NCBI GenBank assembly: GCA_964016885.1 | Contig: OZ024743.1 | Coordinates: 210,924,001 to 210,988,000, forward strand | Direction: 5' to 3' | Source: Eledone cirrhosa | Lineage: Eukaryota | Length of the DNA stretch: 64,000 nucleotides | Shown: positions 1 through 15,000 of the stretch, piece after piece | Position numbering within the stretch: position 1 is the stretch's first letter | Layout: every line of letters starts with the position of its first letter | Translations under genes and position numbers: made by a program | Notes under the pieces: model-generated | What the model was told of the DNA's origin: nothing | Database searches by the model: none | Seen by the model: only the letters and a program-made list of their open reading frames with translations

Positions 1-3000
1 ACCAACCTATAGCCACAGATGATAGCTCTTCACTCCATAAGATATACCACAATTTACCATCCTATAGCCAGATGAAAGCTCTTCAGTCCATGAGATATAC
101 CACAGTCTACCATCCTATAGCCACACATGAAAGCTCTGTAACCCATAAGATATACCACAATTTACCATCCTATAGCCAGATGAAAGCTCTTCACTCCATA
201 AGATATACCACAGTTTACCATCCTATAGCCACAGATGAAAGCTCTTCACTCCATGAGATATACCACAGTTTACCATCCAATAGTCAGATGAAAGCTCTTC
301 ACTCCATACGCTATACCACAGTTTACCATCCTATAGCCACACATGAAAGCTCTTCACTCTATAAGATGTACCACCTTTTACCATCCTGTAGCCACAGATG
401 AAAGCTCTTCACTCCATAAGACAGACCACAGTTTACCATCCTATAGCCAGATGAAAGCTATTCACTCCATAAGTTATAACACAGTTTACCATCCTATAGC
501 CACACATGAGAGCTCTTCACTCTATAATATATACCAGTTTACCATCCTATAGCCACACATTAAAGCTCTTCACTCCATAAGATATACCACAGTTTCCATC
601 CTATAGCCACACATGAAAGCTCTTCACTCCATAAGATATACCACAGTTTACCATCCTATACCCAGATGAAAGCTCTTCACTCCATAAGATATACCACAGT
701 TTACCATCCTATAGCCACACATGAAAGCTCTTCACTCCATAAGATATACCACAGTTTACCATCCTATAGCCAGATGAAAGCTCTTCACCCCATAAGATAT
801 ACCACAGTTTACCATCCTATAGCCAGATGAAATCTATTCACTCCATAAGTTATAACACAGTTTACCATCCTATAGCCAGAGATGAAAGCTCTTCACTCCA
901 TAAGATATACCACAGTTTACCATCCTATGGCCACAGATGAAAGCTCTTCACTCCATAAGATATACCACAGTTCACCATCCTATAGCCACACATGAAAGCT
1001 CTTCACTCCATAAGATATACCACAGTTTACCATCCTATAGCCACACATGAAAGCTCTTCACTCCATAAGATATACCCCAGATTACCATCCTATAGCCACA
1101 TATGAAATCTCTTCACTCCATAAGATATACCACAGTTTACCATCCTATAGCTACACATGAAAGCTCTTCACTCCATAAGATATACCACAGTTTAACATTC
1201 TATAGCCACACATGAAAGCTCTTCACTCCATAAGATATACCACAGTTTACCATCCTGTAGCCAGATGAAAGCTCTTCACTCCATAAGATATACCACAGTT
1301 TACCATCCTATAGCTAGATGAAAGCTCTTCACTCCATAAGATATACCACAGTCTACAATCTTATAGCCACACATGAAGGCTCTGTAACCCATAAGATATA
1401 CCACAGTTTACCATCCTATAGCCAGATGAAAGCTCTTCACTCCCTAAGATATACCACAGTTTACCTTCCTATAGCCACACATGAGAGCTATTCACTCCAT
1501 CAGATATACCACAGTTTACCATCCTATAGCCAAATGAAAGCTCTTCACTCCATAAGATATACCACAGTTTACCATCCTATAGCCACACATGAAAGCTCTT
1601 CACTCTATAAGATGTACCACCTTTTACCATCCTATAGCCACAGATGAAAGCTCTTCACTCCATAAGATATACCACAGTCTACAATCTTATAGCCACACAT
1701 GAAGGCTCTGTAACCCATAAGATATACCACAGTTTACCATCCTATAGCCAGATGAAAGCTCTTCACTCCCTAAGATATACCACAGTTTACCTTCCTATAG
1801 CCACACATGAGAGCTCTTCACTCCATCAGATATACCACAGTTTACCATCTTATAGCCAGATGAAAGCTCTTCACTCCATAAGATATACCACAGTTTACCA
1901 TCCTATAGCCACACATGAAAGCTCTTCACTCTATAAGATGTACCACCTTTTACTATCCTATAGCGACAGATGAAAGCTCTTCACTCCATAAGATATACCA
2001 CAGTTTACCATCCTATAGCCACAGATGAAAGCTCTTCACTCCCTAAGATATACCACAGTTTACCATCCTATAGCCACACATGAAAGCTCTTCACTCTATA
2101 AGATGTACCACATTTTACCATCCTATAGCCACAGATGAAGGCTCTTCACTCCATTAGATATACCACAGTTTACCATCCTATAGCCAGATGAAAGCTTTTC
2201 ACTCCATAAGATATACCACAGTTTACCATCCTATAGCCACAGCTGAAAGCTCTTCACTCCATAAGATATAACACAGTTTACCATCCTATAGCCACAGATG
2301 AAAGCTCTTCACTCCATAAGATATACCACAGTTACCACCCTGTAGCCAGATGAAAGCTCTTCACTCCATAAGATATACCACAGTTTACCAACCTATAGCC
2401 ACACATGAAAGCTCTTCACTCTATAAGTTATACCACAGTTTACCATCCTATAGCCACACATCAGAGCTCTTCACTCCATAAGATATACCAATTGACCATC
2501 CTGTAACCACACATGAAAGCTCTTCACTCCATAAGATATACCACAGTTTACCATCCTATGGCCACACATTAAAGCTCTTCACTCCATATGATATTCCACG
2601 GTTTACCATCCTATGGCCACACATGAAAGCTCTTCACTCCATAAGATATACCAAAGTTTACCATCCTATAGCCACAGATGAACGCTCTTCACTCCATAAG
2701 ATATACCACAGTTTACCATCATATAGCCACACATGAAAGCTCTTCACTCCATAAGATATACCACAGTTTACCATCCTATACCCAGATGAAAGCTCTTCAC
2801 TCCATAAGATATACCACAGTTTACCATCCTATAGCCACACATGAAAGCTCTTCACTCCATAAGATGTACCACCTTTTACCATCCGATAGCCACAGACGAA
2901 AGCTGTTCACTCCATAAGATATACCACAGTTTACCATCCTATAGCCAGATGAAAGCTATTCACTCCATAAGTTATACCACAGTTTACCATCCTATAGCCA

Positions 3001-6000
3001 CAGATGAAAGCTCTTCACTCCATAAGATATACCACAGTTTACCATCCTATGGCCACAGATGAAAGCTCTTCACTCCATAAGATATACCCCAGATTACCAT
3101 CCTATAGCCACATATGAAAGCTCTTCACTCCATAAGATATACCACAGTCTACCATCCTATAGCCACAGATGAAAGCTCTTCACTCCATAAGATATACCAC
3201 AGTTTACCATCCTATAGCCAGATGAAAGCTCTTCACTCCATGAGATATACCACAGTCTACCATCCTATAGCCACACATGAAAGCTCTGTAACCCATAAGA
3301 TATACCACAGTTTACCATCCTGTAGCCAGATGAAAGCTCTTCACTCCATAAGATATACCACAGTTTACCATCCTATAGCCACACATGAAAGCTCTTCACT
3401 CCATAAGATATACCACCGTTTACCAACCTATAGCCACAGATGATAGCTCTTCACTCCATAAGATATACCACAGTTTACCATCCTATAGCCAGATGAAAGC
3501 TCTTCAGTCCATGAGATATACCACAGTCTACCATCCTATAGCCACACATGAAAGCTCTGTAACCCATAAGATATACCACAATTTACCATCCTATAGCCAG
3601 ATGAAAGCTCTTCACTCCATAAGATATACCACAGTTTACCATCCTATAGCCACAGATGAAAGCTCTTCACTCCATGAGATATACCACAGTTTACCATCCA
3701 ATAGTCACATGAAAGCTCTTCACTCCATACGCTATACCACAGTTTACCATCCTATAGCCACACATGAAAGCTCTTCACTCTATAAGATGTACCACCTTTT
3801 ACCATCCTGTAGCCACAGATGAAAGCTCTTCACTCCATAAGACAGACCACAGTTTACCATCCTATAGCCAGATGAAAGCTATTCACTCCATAAGTTATAA
3901 CACAGTTTACCATCCTATAGCCACACATGAGAGCTCTTCACTCTATAATATATACCAGTTTACCATCCTATAGCCACACATTAAAGCTCTTCACTCCATA
4001 AGATATACCACAGTTTCCATCCTATAGCCACACATGAAAGCTCTTCACTCCATAAGATATACCACAGTTTACCATCCTATACCCAGATGAAAGCTCTTCA
4101 CTCCATAAGATATACCACAGTTTACCATCCTATAGCCACACATGAAAGCTCTTCACTCCATAAGATATACCACAGTTTACCATCCTATAGCCAGATGAAA
4201 GCTCTTCACCCCATAAGATATACCACAGTTTACCATCCTATAGCCAGATGAAATCTATTCACTCCATAAGTTATAATACAGTTTACCATCCTATAGCCAG
4301 AGATGAAAGCTCTTCACTCCATAAGATATACCACAGTTTACCATCCTATGGCCACAGATGAAAGCTCTTCACTCCATAAGATATACCACAGTTCACCATC
4401 CTATAGCCACACATGAAAGCTCTTCACTCCATAAGATATACCACAGTTTACCATCCTATAGCCACACATGAAAGCTCTTCACTCCATAAGATATACCCCA
4501 GATTACCATCCTATAGCCACATATGAAATCTCTTCACTCCATAAGATATACCACAGTTTACCATCCTATAGCTACACATGAAAGCTCTTCACTCCATAAG
4601 ATATACCACAGTTTAACATTCTATAGCCACACATGAAAGCTCTTCACTCCATAAGATATACCACAGTTTACCATCCTGTAGCCAGATGAAAGCTCTTCAC
4701 TCCATAAGATATACCACAGTTTACCATCCTATAGCTAGATGAAAGCTCTTCACTCCATAAGATATACCACAGTCTACAATCTTATAGCCACACATGAAGG
4801 CTCTGTAACCCATAAGATATACCACAGTTTACCATCCTATAGCCAGATGAAAGCTCTTCACTCCCTAAGATATACCACAGTTTACCTTCCTATAGCCACA
4901 CATGAGAGCTCTTCACTCCATCAGATATACCACAGTTTACCATCCTATAGCCAAATGAAAGCTCTTCACTCCATAAGATATACCACAGTTTACCATCCTA
5001 TAGCCACACATGAAAGCTCTTCACTCTATAAGATGTACCACCTTTTACCATCCTATAGCCACAGATGAAAGCTCTTCACTCCATAAGATATACCACAGTC
5101 TACAATCTTATAGCCACACATGAAGGCTCTGTAACCCATAAGATATACCACAGTTTACCATCCTATAGCCAGATGAAAGCTCTTCACTCCCTAAGATATA
5201 CCACAGTTTACCTTCCTATAGCCACACATGAGAGCTCTTCACTCCATCAGATATACCACAGTTTACCATCCTATAGCCAAATGAAAGCTCTTCACTCCGT
5301 AAGATATACCACAGTTTACCATCCTATAGCCACACATGAAAGCTCTTCACTCTATAAGATGTACCACCTTTTACCATCCTATAGCCACAGATGAAAGCTC
5401 TTCACTCTATAAGATGTACCACCTTTTACCATCCTATAGCCACAGATGAAGGCTCTTCACTCCATTAGATATACCACATTTTACCATCCTATAGCCAGAT
5501 GAAAGCTTTTCACTCCATAAGATATACCACAGTTTACCATCCTATAGCCACAGATGAAAGCTCTTCACTCCATAAGATATAACACAGTTTACCATCCTAT
5601 AGCCACAGATGAAAGCTCTTCACTCCATAAGATATACCACAGTTACCACCCTGTAGCCAGATGAAAGCTCTTCACTCCATAAGATATACCACAGTTTACC
5701 AACCTATAGCCACACATGAAAGCTCTTCACTCTATAAGTTATACCACAGTTTACCATCCTATAGCCACACATCAGAGCTCTTCACTCCATAAGATATACC
5801 AGTTGACCATCCTGTAACCACACATGAAAGCTCTTCACTCCATAAGATATACCACAGTTTACCATCCTATGGCCACACATGAAAGCTCTTCACCCCATAA
5901 GATATACCACAGTTTACCATCCTATGGCCACACATTAAAGCTCTTCACTCCATAAGATATTCCACAGTTCACCATCCTATGGCCACACATGAAAGCTCTT

Positions 6001-9000
6001 CACTCCATATGATATACCAAAGTTTACAATCCTATAGCCACAGATGAACGCTCTTCACTCCATAAGATATACCACAGTTTACCATCATATAGCCACACAT
6101 GAAAGCTCTTCACTCCATCAGATATACCACAGTTTACCATCCTATACCCACATGAAAGCTCTTCACTCCATAAGATATACCACAGTTTACCATCCTATAG
6201 CCACACATGAAAGCTCTTCACTCCATAAGATGTACCACCTTTTACCATCCTATAGCCACAGACGAAAGCTGTTCACTCCATAAGATATACCACAGTTTAC
6301 CATCCTATAGCCAGATGAAAGCTATTCACTCCATAAGTTATACCACAGTTTACCATCCTATAGCCACAGATGAAAGCTCTTCACTCCATAAGATATACCA
6401 CAGTTTACCATCCTATGGCCACAGATGAAAGCTCTTCACTCCATAAGATATACCACAGTTCACCATCCTATAGCCACACATGAAAGCTCTTCACTCCATA
6501 AGATATACCACAGTTTACCATCCTATAGCCACACATGAAAGCTCTTCACTCCATAAGATATACCCCAGATTACCATCCTATAGCCACATATGAAAGCTCT
6601 TCACTCCATAAGATATACCACAGTTTACCATCCTATAGCCACACATGAAAGCTCTTCACTCCATAAGATATACCACAGTTTACCATGCTGTAGCTAGATG
6701 AAAGCTCTTCACTCCATAAGATATACCACAGTTTACCATCCTATAGCCACAGATGAAAGCTCTTCACTCTATAAGATATACCACAGTTTACCATCCTATA
6801 TCCAGATGAAAGCTCTTCAGTCCATGAGATATACCACAGTCTACCATCCTATAGCCACACATGAAAGCTCTGTAACCCATAAGATATACCACTGTTTACC
6901 ATCCTATAGCCACACATGAAAGCTCTTCACTCCATCAGATATACCACAGTTTACCAACCTATAGCCACAGATGAAAGCTCTTCACTCCATAAGATATACC
7001 ACAGTTTACCATCCTATAGCCAGATGAAAGCTCTTCACTCCATGAGATATACCACAGTCTACCATCCTATAGCCACACATGAAAGCTCTGTAACCCATAA
7101 GATATACCACAGTTTACCATCCTATAGCCAGATGAAAGCTCTTCACTCCATAAGATATACCACAGTTTACCATCCTATAGCCACAGATGAAAGCTCTTCA
7201 CTCCATGAGATATACCACAGTTTACCATCCAATAGTCAGATGAAAGCTCTTCACTCCATACGCTATACCACAGTTTACCATCCTATAGCCACACATGAAA
7301 GCTCTTCACTCTATAAGATGTACCACCTTTTACCATCCTGTAGCCACAGATGAAAGCTCTTCACTCCATAAGACATACCACAGTTTACCATCCTATAGCC
7401 AGATGAAAGCTATTCACTCCATAAGTTATAACACAGTTTACCATCCTATAGCCACACATGAGAGCTCTTCACTCCATAATATAAACCACAGTTTACCATC
7501 CTATGGCCACACATTAAAGCTCTTCACTCCATAAGATATTCCACAGTTTACCATCCTATGGCCACACATGAAAGCTCTTCACTCCATAAGATATACCAAA
7601 GTTTACCATTCTATAGCCACAGATGAACGCTCTTCACTCCATAAGATATACCACAGTTTCCATCCTATAGCCACACATGAAAGCTCTTCACTCCATAAGA
7701 TATACCACAGTTTACCATCCTATACCCGGATGAAAGCTCTTCACTCCATAAGATATACCACAGTTTACCATCCTATAGCCACTCATGAAAGCTCTTCACT
7801 CCATAAGATGTACTACCTTTTACCATCCTATAGCCACACATGAAAGCTGTTCACTCTATAAGATATACCACAGTTTACCATACTATGGCCACAGATGAAA
7901 GCTCTTCACTCCATAAGATATACCACAGTTCACCATCCTATAGCCACACATGAAAGCTCTTCACTCCATAAGATATACCACAGTTTACCATCCTATAGCT
8001 ACACATGAAAGCTCTTCACTCCATAAGATATACCACAGTTTAACATCCTATAGCCACACATGAAAGCTCTTCACTCCATAAGATATACCACAGTTTACCA
8101 TCCTGTAGCCAGATGAAAGCTCTTCACTCCATAAGATATACCACAGTTTACCATCCTATAGCCACAGATGAAAGCTCTTCACTCCATAAGATATACCACA
8201 GTTTACCATCCTATAGCCAGATGAAAGCTCTTCACTCCATGAGATATACCACAGTCTACCATCCTATAGCCACACATGAAAGCTCTGTAACCTATAAGAT
8301 ATACCACAGTTTACCTTCCTGTAGCCAGATGAAAGCTCTTCACTCCATAAGATATATCACAGTTTACCATCCTATAGCCACACATGAAAGCTCTTCACTC
8401 CATAAGATATACCACAGTTTACCAACCTATAGCCACAGATGAAAGCTCTTCACTCCATAAGATATACCACAGTTTACCATCCTATAGCCAGATGAAAGCT
8501 CTTCACTCCATAAGTTATACCACAGTTTACCATCCTATAGCCACAGATGAAAGCTCTTCACTCCATAAGATATATCACAGTTTACCATCCTATGGCCACA
8601 GATGAAAGCTCTTTACTCCATAAGATATACCACAGTTTAACATCCTATAGCCACACATGAAAGCTCTTCACTCCATAAGATATACCACAGTTTACCATCC
8701 TATAGCCAGATGAAAGCTCTTCACTCCCTAAGATATACCACAGTTTACCTTCCTATAGCCACACATGAGAGCTCTTCACTCCATCAGATATACCACAGTT
8801 TACCATCCTATAGCCAGATGAAAGCTCTTCACTCCATAAATATACCACAGTTTACCATCCTATAGCCACACATGAAAGCTCTTCACTCTATAAGATGTAC
8901 CACCTTTTACCATCCTATAGCCACAGATGAAGGCTCTTCACTCCATAAGATATACCACAGTTTACCATCCGATAGCCAGATGAAAGCTATTCACTCCATA

Positions 9001-12000
9001 AGTTATAACACAGTTTACCATCCTATAGCCACACATGAGAGCTCTTCACTCCATAATATAAACCACAGTTTACCATCCTATGGCCACACATTAAAGCTCT
9101 TCACTCCATAAGATATTCCACAGTTTACCATCCTATGGCCACACATGAAAGCTCTTCACTCCATAAGATATACCAAAGTTTACCATTCTATAGCCACAGA
9201 TGAACGCTCTTCACTCCATAAGATATACCACAGTTTCCATCCTATAGCCACACATGAAAGCTCTTCACTCCATAAGATATACCACAGTTTACCATCCGAT
9301 AGCCAGATGAAAGCTTTTCACTCCATGAGATATACCACAGTCTACCATCCTATAGCCACACATGAAAGCTCTGTAACCCATAAGATATAACACAGTTTAC
9401 CATCCTGTAGCCAGATGAAAGCTCTTCACTCCATAAGATATACCACAGTTTACCATCCTATAGCCACACATGAAAGCTCTTCACTCCATAAGATATACCA
9501 CAGTTTACCAACCTATAGCCACAGATGAAAGCTCTTCACTCCATAAGATATACCACAGTTTACCATCCTATAGCCAGATGAAAGCTTTTCACTCCATGAT
9601 ATATACCACAGTCTACCATCCTATAGCCACACATGAAAGCTCTGTAACCCATAAGATATACCACAGTTTACCATCCTAAAGCCAGATGAAAGCTCTTCAC
9701 TCCATAAGCTATACCACAGTTTACCATCCTATAGCCACATATGAAAGCTCTTCACTCCATAAGATATACCACAATTTACCATCCTATAGTCAGAGATGAA
9801 ACCTCTTCACTCCATAATATATACCACAGTTACCACCATGTAGCCAGATGAAAGCTCTTCACTCCATAAGATATACCACAGTTTACCATCCTATAGCCAC
9901 ACATGAAAGCTCTTCACTCTATAAGATGTACCACCTTTTACCATCCTATAGCCACACATGAAAGCTCTTCACTCCATAAGATATACCACAGTTTACCATC
10001 CTATAGCCACAGATGAAAGCTCTTCACTCCCTAAGATATACCACAGTTTACCATCCTATAGCCACAGATGAAAGCTCTTCACTCCATAAGATATACCAAA
10101 GTTTACCGTCCTATAGCCACAGATGAAAGCTCTTCACTCCATAAGATATACCACAGTTCACCACCCTATAGCCACAGATGAAAGCTCTTAACTCCATAAG
10201 ATATACCACAGTTTACCATCCGATAGCCACACATGAAAGCTCTTTAACCCATAAGATATACCACAGTTTACCTTCCTATAGCCAGATGAAAGCTCTTCAC
10301 TCCATAGGATATACCACAGTTTACCATCCTATAGCCACAGATGAAAGCTCTTCACTCCATAAGATATTCCACAGTTTACCGTCCTATAGCCCCACATGAA
10401 AGCTCTTCACTCCATAAGATGTACCACCTTTTACCATCCTATAGCCACAGATGAAAGCTGTTCACTCCATACGATATACCACAGTTTACCATCCTATAGC
10501 CAGATGAAAGCTCTTCACTCCATAAGTCATACCACAGTTTACCATCCTATAGCCACAGATGAAAGCTCTTCACTCCATAAGATATACCACAGTTTACCAT
10601 CCTATAGCCAGATGAAATCTATTCACTCCATAAGTTATAACACAGTTTACCATCCTATAGCCAGAGATGAAAGCTCTTCACTCCATAAGATATACCACAG
10701 TTTACCATCCTATGGCCACAGATGAAAGCTCTTCACTCCATAAGATATACCACAGTTCACCATCCTATAGCCACACATGAAAGCTCTTCACTCCATACGA
10801 TATACCACAGTTTACCATCCTATAGCCACACATGAAAGCTCTTCACTCCATAAGATATACCCCAGATTACCATCCTATAGCCACATATGAAATCTCTTCA
10901 GTCCATAAGATATACCACAGTTTACCATCCTATAGCTACACATGAAAGCTCTTCACTACATAAGATATACCACAGTTTAACATTCTATAGCCACACATGA
11001 AAGCTCTTCACTCCATAAGATATACCACAGTTTACCATCCTGTAGCCAGATGAAAGCTCTTCACTCCATAAGATATACCACAGTTTACCATCCTATAGCT
11101 AGATGAAAGCTCTTCACTCCATAAGATATACCACAGTCTACAATCTTATAGCCACACATGAAGGCTCTGTAACCCATAAGATATACCACAGTTTACCATC
11201 CTATAGCCAGATGAAAGCTCTTCACTCCCTAAGATATACCACAGTTTACCTTCCTATAGCCACACATGAGAGCTCTTCACTCCATCAGATATACCACAGT
11301 TTACCATCCTATAGCCAAATGAAAGCTCTTCACTCCATAAGATATACCACAGTTTACCATCCTATAGCCACACATGAAAGCTCTTCACTCTATAAGATGT
11401 ACCACCTTTTACCATCCTATAGCCACAGATGAAAGCTCTTCACTCCATAAGATATACCACAATTTACCATCCTATAGCCACACATGAAAGCTCTTCACTC
11501 TATAAGATGTACCACCTTTTACCATCCTATAGCCACAGATGAATGCTCTTCACTCTATAAGATGTACCACCTTTTACCATCCTATAGCCACAGATGAAGG
11601 CTCTTCACTCCATTAGATATACCACAGTTTACCATCCTATAGCCAGATGAAAGCTTTTCACTCCATAAGATATACCACAGTTTACCATCCTATAGCCACA
11701 GATGAAAGTTCTTCACTCCATAAGATATAACACAGTTTACCATCCTATAGCCACAGATGAAAGCTCTTCACTCCATAAGATATACCACAGTTACCACCCT
11801 GTAGCCAGATGAAAGCTCTTCACTCCATAAGATATACCACAGTTTACCAACCTATAGCCACACATGAAAGCTCTTCACTCTATAAGTTATACCACAGTTT
11901 ACCATCCTATAGCCACACATCAGAGCTCTTCACTCCATAAGATATACCAGTTGACCATCCTGTAACCACACATGAAAGCTCTTCACTCCATAAGATATAC

Positions 12001-15000
12001 CACAGTTTACCATCCTATGGCCACACATGAAAGCTCTTCACCCCATAAGATATACCACAGTTTACCATCCTATGGCCACACATTAAAGCTCTTCACTCCA
12101 TAAGATATTCCACAGTTCACCATCCTATGGCCACACATGAAAGCTCTTCACTCCATAAGATATACCAAAGTTTACAATCCTATAGCCACAGATGAACGCT
12201 CTTCACTCCATAAGATATACCACAGTTTACCATCATATAGCCACACATGAAAGCTCTTCACTCCATAAGATATACCACAGTTTACCATCCTATACCCAGA
12301 TGAAAGCTCTTCACTCCATAAGATATACCACAGTTTACCATCCGATAGCCACACATGAAAGCTCTTCACTCCATAAGATGTACCACCTTTTACCATCCTA
12401 TAGCCACAGACGAAAGCTGTTCACTCCATAAGATATACCACAGTTTACCATCCTATATCCAGATGAAAGCTATTCACTCCATAAGTTATACCACAGTTTA
12501 CCATCCTATAGCCACAGATGAAAGCTCTTCACTCCATAAGATATACCACAGTTTACCATCCTATGGCCACAGATGAAAGCTCTTCACTCCATAAGATATA
12601 CCACAGTTCACCATCCTATAGCCACACATGAAAGCTCTTCACTCCATAAGATATACCACAGTTTACCATCCTATAGCCACACATGAAAGCTCTTCACTCC
12701 ATAAGATATACCCCAGATTACCATCCTATAGCCACATATGAAAGCTCTTCACTCCATAAGATATACCACAGTTTACCATCCTATAGCCACACATGAAAGC
12801 TCTTCACTCCATAAGATATACCACAGTTTACCATGCTGTAGCTAGATGAAAGCTCTTCACTCCATAAGATATACCACAGTTTACCATCCTATAGCCACAG
12901 ATGAAAGCTCTTCACTCCATAAGATATACCGCAGTTTACCATCCTATATCCAGATGAAAGCTCTTCACTCCATGAGATATACCACAGTCTACCATCCTAT
13001 AGCCACACATGAAAGCTCTGTAACCCATAAGATATACCACAGTTTATCATCCTGTAGCCAGATGAAAGCTCTTCACTCCATAAGATATACCACAGTTTAC
13101 CATCCTATAGCCACACATGAAAGCTCTTCACTCCATCAGATATACCACAGTTTACCAACCTATAGCCACAGATGAAAGCTCTTCACTCCATAAGATATAC
13201 CACAGTTTACCATCCTATAGCCAGATGAAAGCTCTTCACTCCATGAGATATACCACAGTCTACCATCCTATAGCCACACATGAAAGCTCTGTAACCCATA
13301 AGATATACCACAGTTTACCATCCTATAGCCAGATGAAAGCTCTTCACTCCATAAGATATACCACAGTTTACCATCCTATAGCCACAGATGAAAGCTCTTC
13401 ACTCCATGAGATATACCACAGTTTACCATCCAATAGTCAGATGAAAGCTCTTCACTCCATACGCTATACCACAGTTTACCGTCCTATAGCCACACATGAA
13501 AGCTCTTCACTCTATAAGATGTACCACCTTTTACCATCCTGTAGCCACAGATGAAAGCTCTTCACTCCATAAGACATACCACAGTTTACCATCCTATAGC
13601 CAGATGAAAGCTATTCACTCCATAAGTTATAACACAGTTTACCATCCTATAGCCACACATGAGAGCTCTTCACTCCATAATATAAACCACAGTTTACCAT
13701 CCTATGGCCACACATTAAAGCTCTTCACTCCATAAGATATTCCACAGTTTACCATCCTATGGCCACACATGAAAGCTCTTCACTCCATAAGATATACCAA
13801 AGTTTACCATTCTATAGCCACAGATGAACGCTCTTCACTCCATAAGATATACCACAGTTTCCATCCTATAGCCACACATGAAAGCTCTTCACTCCATAAG
13901 ATATACCACAGTTTACCATCCTATACCCGGATGAAAGCTCTTCACTCCATAAGATATACCACAGTTTACCATCCTATAGCCACACATGAAAGCTCTTCAC
14001 TCCATAAGATGTACTACCTTTTACCATCCTATAGCCACACATGAAAGCTGTTCACTCCATAAGATATACCACAGTTTACCATCCTATGGCCACAGATGAA
14101 AGCTCTTCACTCCATAAGATATACCACAGTTCACCATCCTATAGCCACACATGAAAGCTCTTCACTCCATAAGATATACCACAGTTTACCATCCTATAGC
14201 CACACATGAAAGCTCTTCACTCCATAAGATATACCCCAGATTACCATCCTATAGCCACATATGAAAGCTCTTCACTCCATAAGATATACCACAGTTTACC
14301 ATCCTATAGCTACACATGAAAGCTCTTCACTCCATAAGATATACCACAGTTTACCATCCTGTAGCCAGATGAAAGCTCTTCACTCCATAAGATATACCAC
14401 AGTTTACCATCCTATAGCCACAGATGAAAGCTCTTCACTCCATAAGATATACCACAGTTTACCATCCTATAGCCAGATGAAAGCTCTTCACTCCATGAGA
14501 TATACCACAGTCTACCATCCTATAGCCACACATGAAAGCTCTGTAACCTATAAGATATACCACAGTTTACCTTCCTGTAGCCAGATGAAAGCTCTTCACT
14601 CCATAAGATATACCACAGTTTACCATCCTATAGCCACACATGAAAGCTCTTCACTCCATAAGATATACCACAGTTTACCAACCTATAGCCACAGATGAAA
14701 GCTCTTCACTCCATAAGATATACCACAGTTTACCATCCTATAGCCAGATGAAAGCTCTTCACTCCATAAGTTATACCACAGTTTACCATCCTATAGCCAC
14801 AGATGAAAGCTCTTCACTCCATAAGATATATCACAGTTTACCATCCTATGGCCACAGATGAAAGCTCTTTACTCCATAAGATATACCACAGTTTAACATC
14901 CTATAGCCACACATGAAAGCTCTTCACTCCATAAGATATACCACAGTTTACCATCCTATAGCCAGATGAAAGCTCTTCACTCCCTAAGATATACCACAGT

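Noticed and set aside
12172-12396. Minus-strand 74-aa ORF
   Set aside because: Chance loss of stops in variant satellite monomers.
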